NCBI RefSeq assembly: GCF_000017305.1
Contig: NC_009664.2
Span: 2,070,001 to 2,102,000, forward strand
Direction: 5' to 3'
DNA: 32,000 nt
Source of the DNA: Kineococcus radiotolerans SRS30216 = ATCC BAA-149
GTDB taxonomy: Bacteria > Actinomycetota > Actinomycetes > Actinomycetales > Kineococcaceae
Part shown: positions 31,504 to 32,000 of the stretch, one piece after another
Layout of the letters: the number at the start of each line of letters is the position of its first letter
Numbering within the stretch: the stretch's first letter is position 1
Made by a program: the position numbers and the translations under genes
Notes under the pieces: model-generated
Seen by the model: the letters and a program-made list of their open reading frames with translations, nothing else
The model's database searches: none
Told to the model about the DNA's origin: nothing

Positions 31504-32000
31504 TCGAACCCCCGGCCGATCGCCTCCCCGTCGATCGACCCGGGCAGGATCCGCACCTCCAGCACGTCGGGGCCCGGGCGCACGCCGAGGACCCGGGTGA
31601 GGTTCACGTCACTGAACTTCGTCACCCCCGTGCGGGCCGCGACCGCGCGCAGCGACGCCCAGTCCGGCCAGTCGGCGCGGACGAGTTCCACCAGGTCCGC
31701 GGGCAGCGACCCCAGCCGGGTGCAGCGCGGGTTGGTCCCGAACCGCTCCCGGAGCTCCTCGCGCCGCCCGGCGAAGGTGGACACGACGTGGCGGAACCTG
31801 GCCACGTCCCGGAACGGCCCGGCGTCGAGGTTCACGTGGACGGCCGCCTCGGCCGGGACGGTGAAACCCAGGTCCCGCGCGGGGGCGAGCAGTTCCTCCA
31901 GGTGCCGGACGTGGTCGCGCTCCCAGGGCGGGGTCACGACCTCGCAGGGGCGTTCGCGCTCCCCCGGCAGCGGGGCCGCCATCGCGATCGTCGCCCCGGC
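31404..32000 (-). CDS. Amidoligase_2-like (glutamine-synthetase-fold) enzyme, partial, continues past the right edge
   Basis: The frame stays open to the window end (AGATIAMAAPL...). CEVVTPPW, AAVHVNLD and LEVRILPGSIDGEAI resemble my memory of the PF12224 amidoligase blocks (E.vSP, HVH, E.R..pg). The C-terminal end is uncertain. Confidence 0.55.
   Translation of the reverse strand, partial: AGATIAMAAPLPGERERPCEVVTPPWERDHVRHLEELLAPARDLGFTVPAEAAVHVNLDAGPFRDVARFRHVVSTFAGRREELRERFGTNPRCTRLGSLPADLVELVRADWPDWASLRAVAARTGVTKFSDVNLTRVLGVRPGPDVLEVRILPGSIDGEAIGRGFDQLLEVLELPGSPGSPDPAGSPGSSAGTRRSTR

Noticed and set aside
1-32000. Search for IS elements, integrases, prophage genes, toxin-antitoxin pairs, restriction-modification or other known defence modules, tRNA/rRNA genes
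   Set aside because: I found no transposase, recombinase or phage-like translation in any frame, no long terminal inverted repeats, and no cloverleaf-like tRNA candidates in the intergenic regions. The lone methyltransferase (30374..31027) is a small-molecule-type class I enzyme with no nuclease neighbour.

Overview
Chromosomal segment of a very high-GC actinobacterium (Wbl-family regulator, GT87 glycosyltransferase, many GTG starts, some starts with no Shine-Dalgarno (SD) ribosome-binding sequence or leaderless-type). I can support about 34 protein-coding genes (two of them partial, at the window edges) and two decayed genes. I found no rRNA, tRNA, CRISPR, transposase, integrase or phage gene. 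Left third: pheA, a WhiB3/WhiD-like gene, a cell-envelope trio (GT87 mannosyltransferase-like protein, an unassigned 746-aa exported polytopic protein, a TupA-like ATP-grasp ligase), an APC permease, and a translationally coupled znuA-C-B type metal ABC importer. Middle: a GGDEF-EAL membrane protein and an azoreductase, then an unusually dense set of signalling genes. These are an RsbW-type serine kinase fused to an unknown domain (divergent from a CHASE3-HAMP-PP2C phosphatase), a PAS-GAF-PP2C phosphatase, and a fatty-acid desaturase followed by two tandem GAF-ANTAR RNA-binding regulators. No STAS or sigma partner is visible. Between them lies a decaying molybdopterin-oxidoreductase/flavin-reductase pair: an in-frame TGA sits at the centre of a perfect palindrome, and the reductase is truncated. 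Also there is a cysteine-less (zinc-independent type) L33 paralogue with an exact GGAAT-N18-GTT SigR/SigH-type promoter. It also carries a 20-nt motif shared 17/20 with the znuA upstream region. Right third: rhodanese/Lrp pair, two GNATs, a Tat-exported GH15-like protein, cspA with a long leader, an orphan FetB-like permease, a CYTH-CHAD protein with a degenerate ExExK motif, a methyltransferase, a G-quadruplex-prone decamer repeat and a partial amidoligase. I do not see a recognisable defence or mobile system. The best candidates for something undescribed are the orphan kinase/PP2C pair, the desaturase plus double GAF-ANTAR operon, and the GT87/unknown membrane protein/ATP-grasp module. All family calls come from motif recognition by eye, not from database searches.
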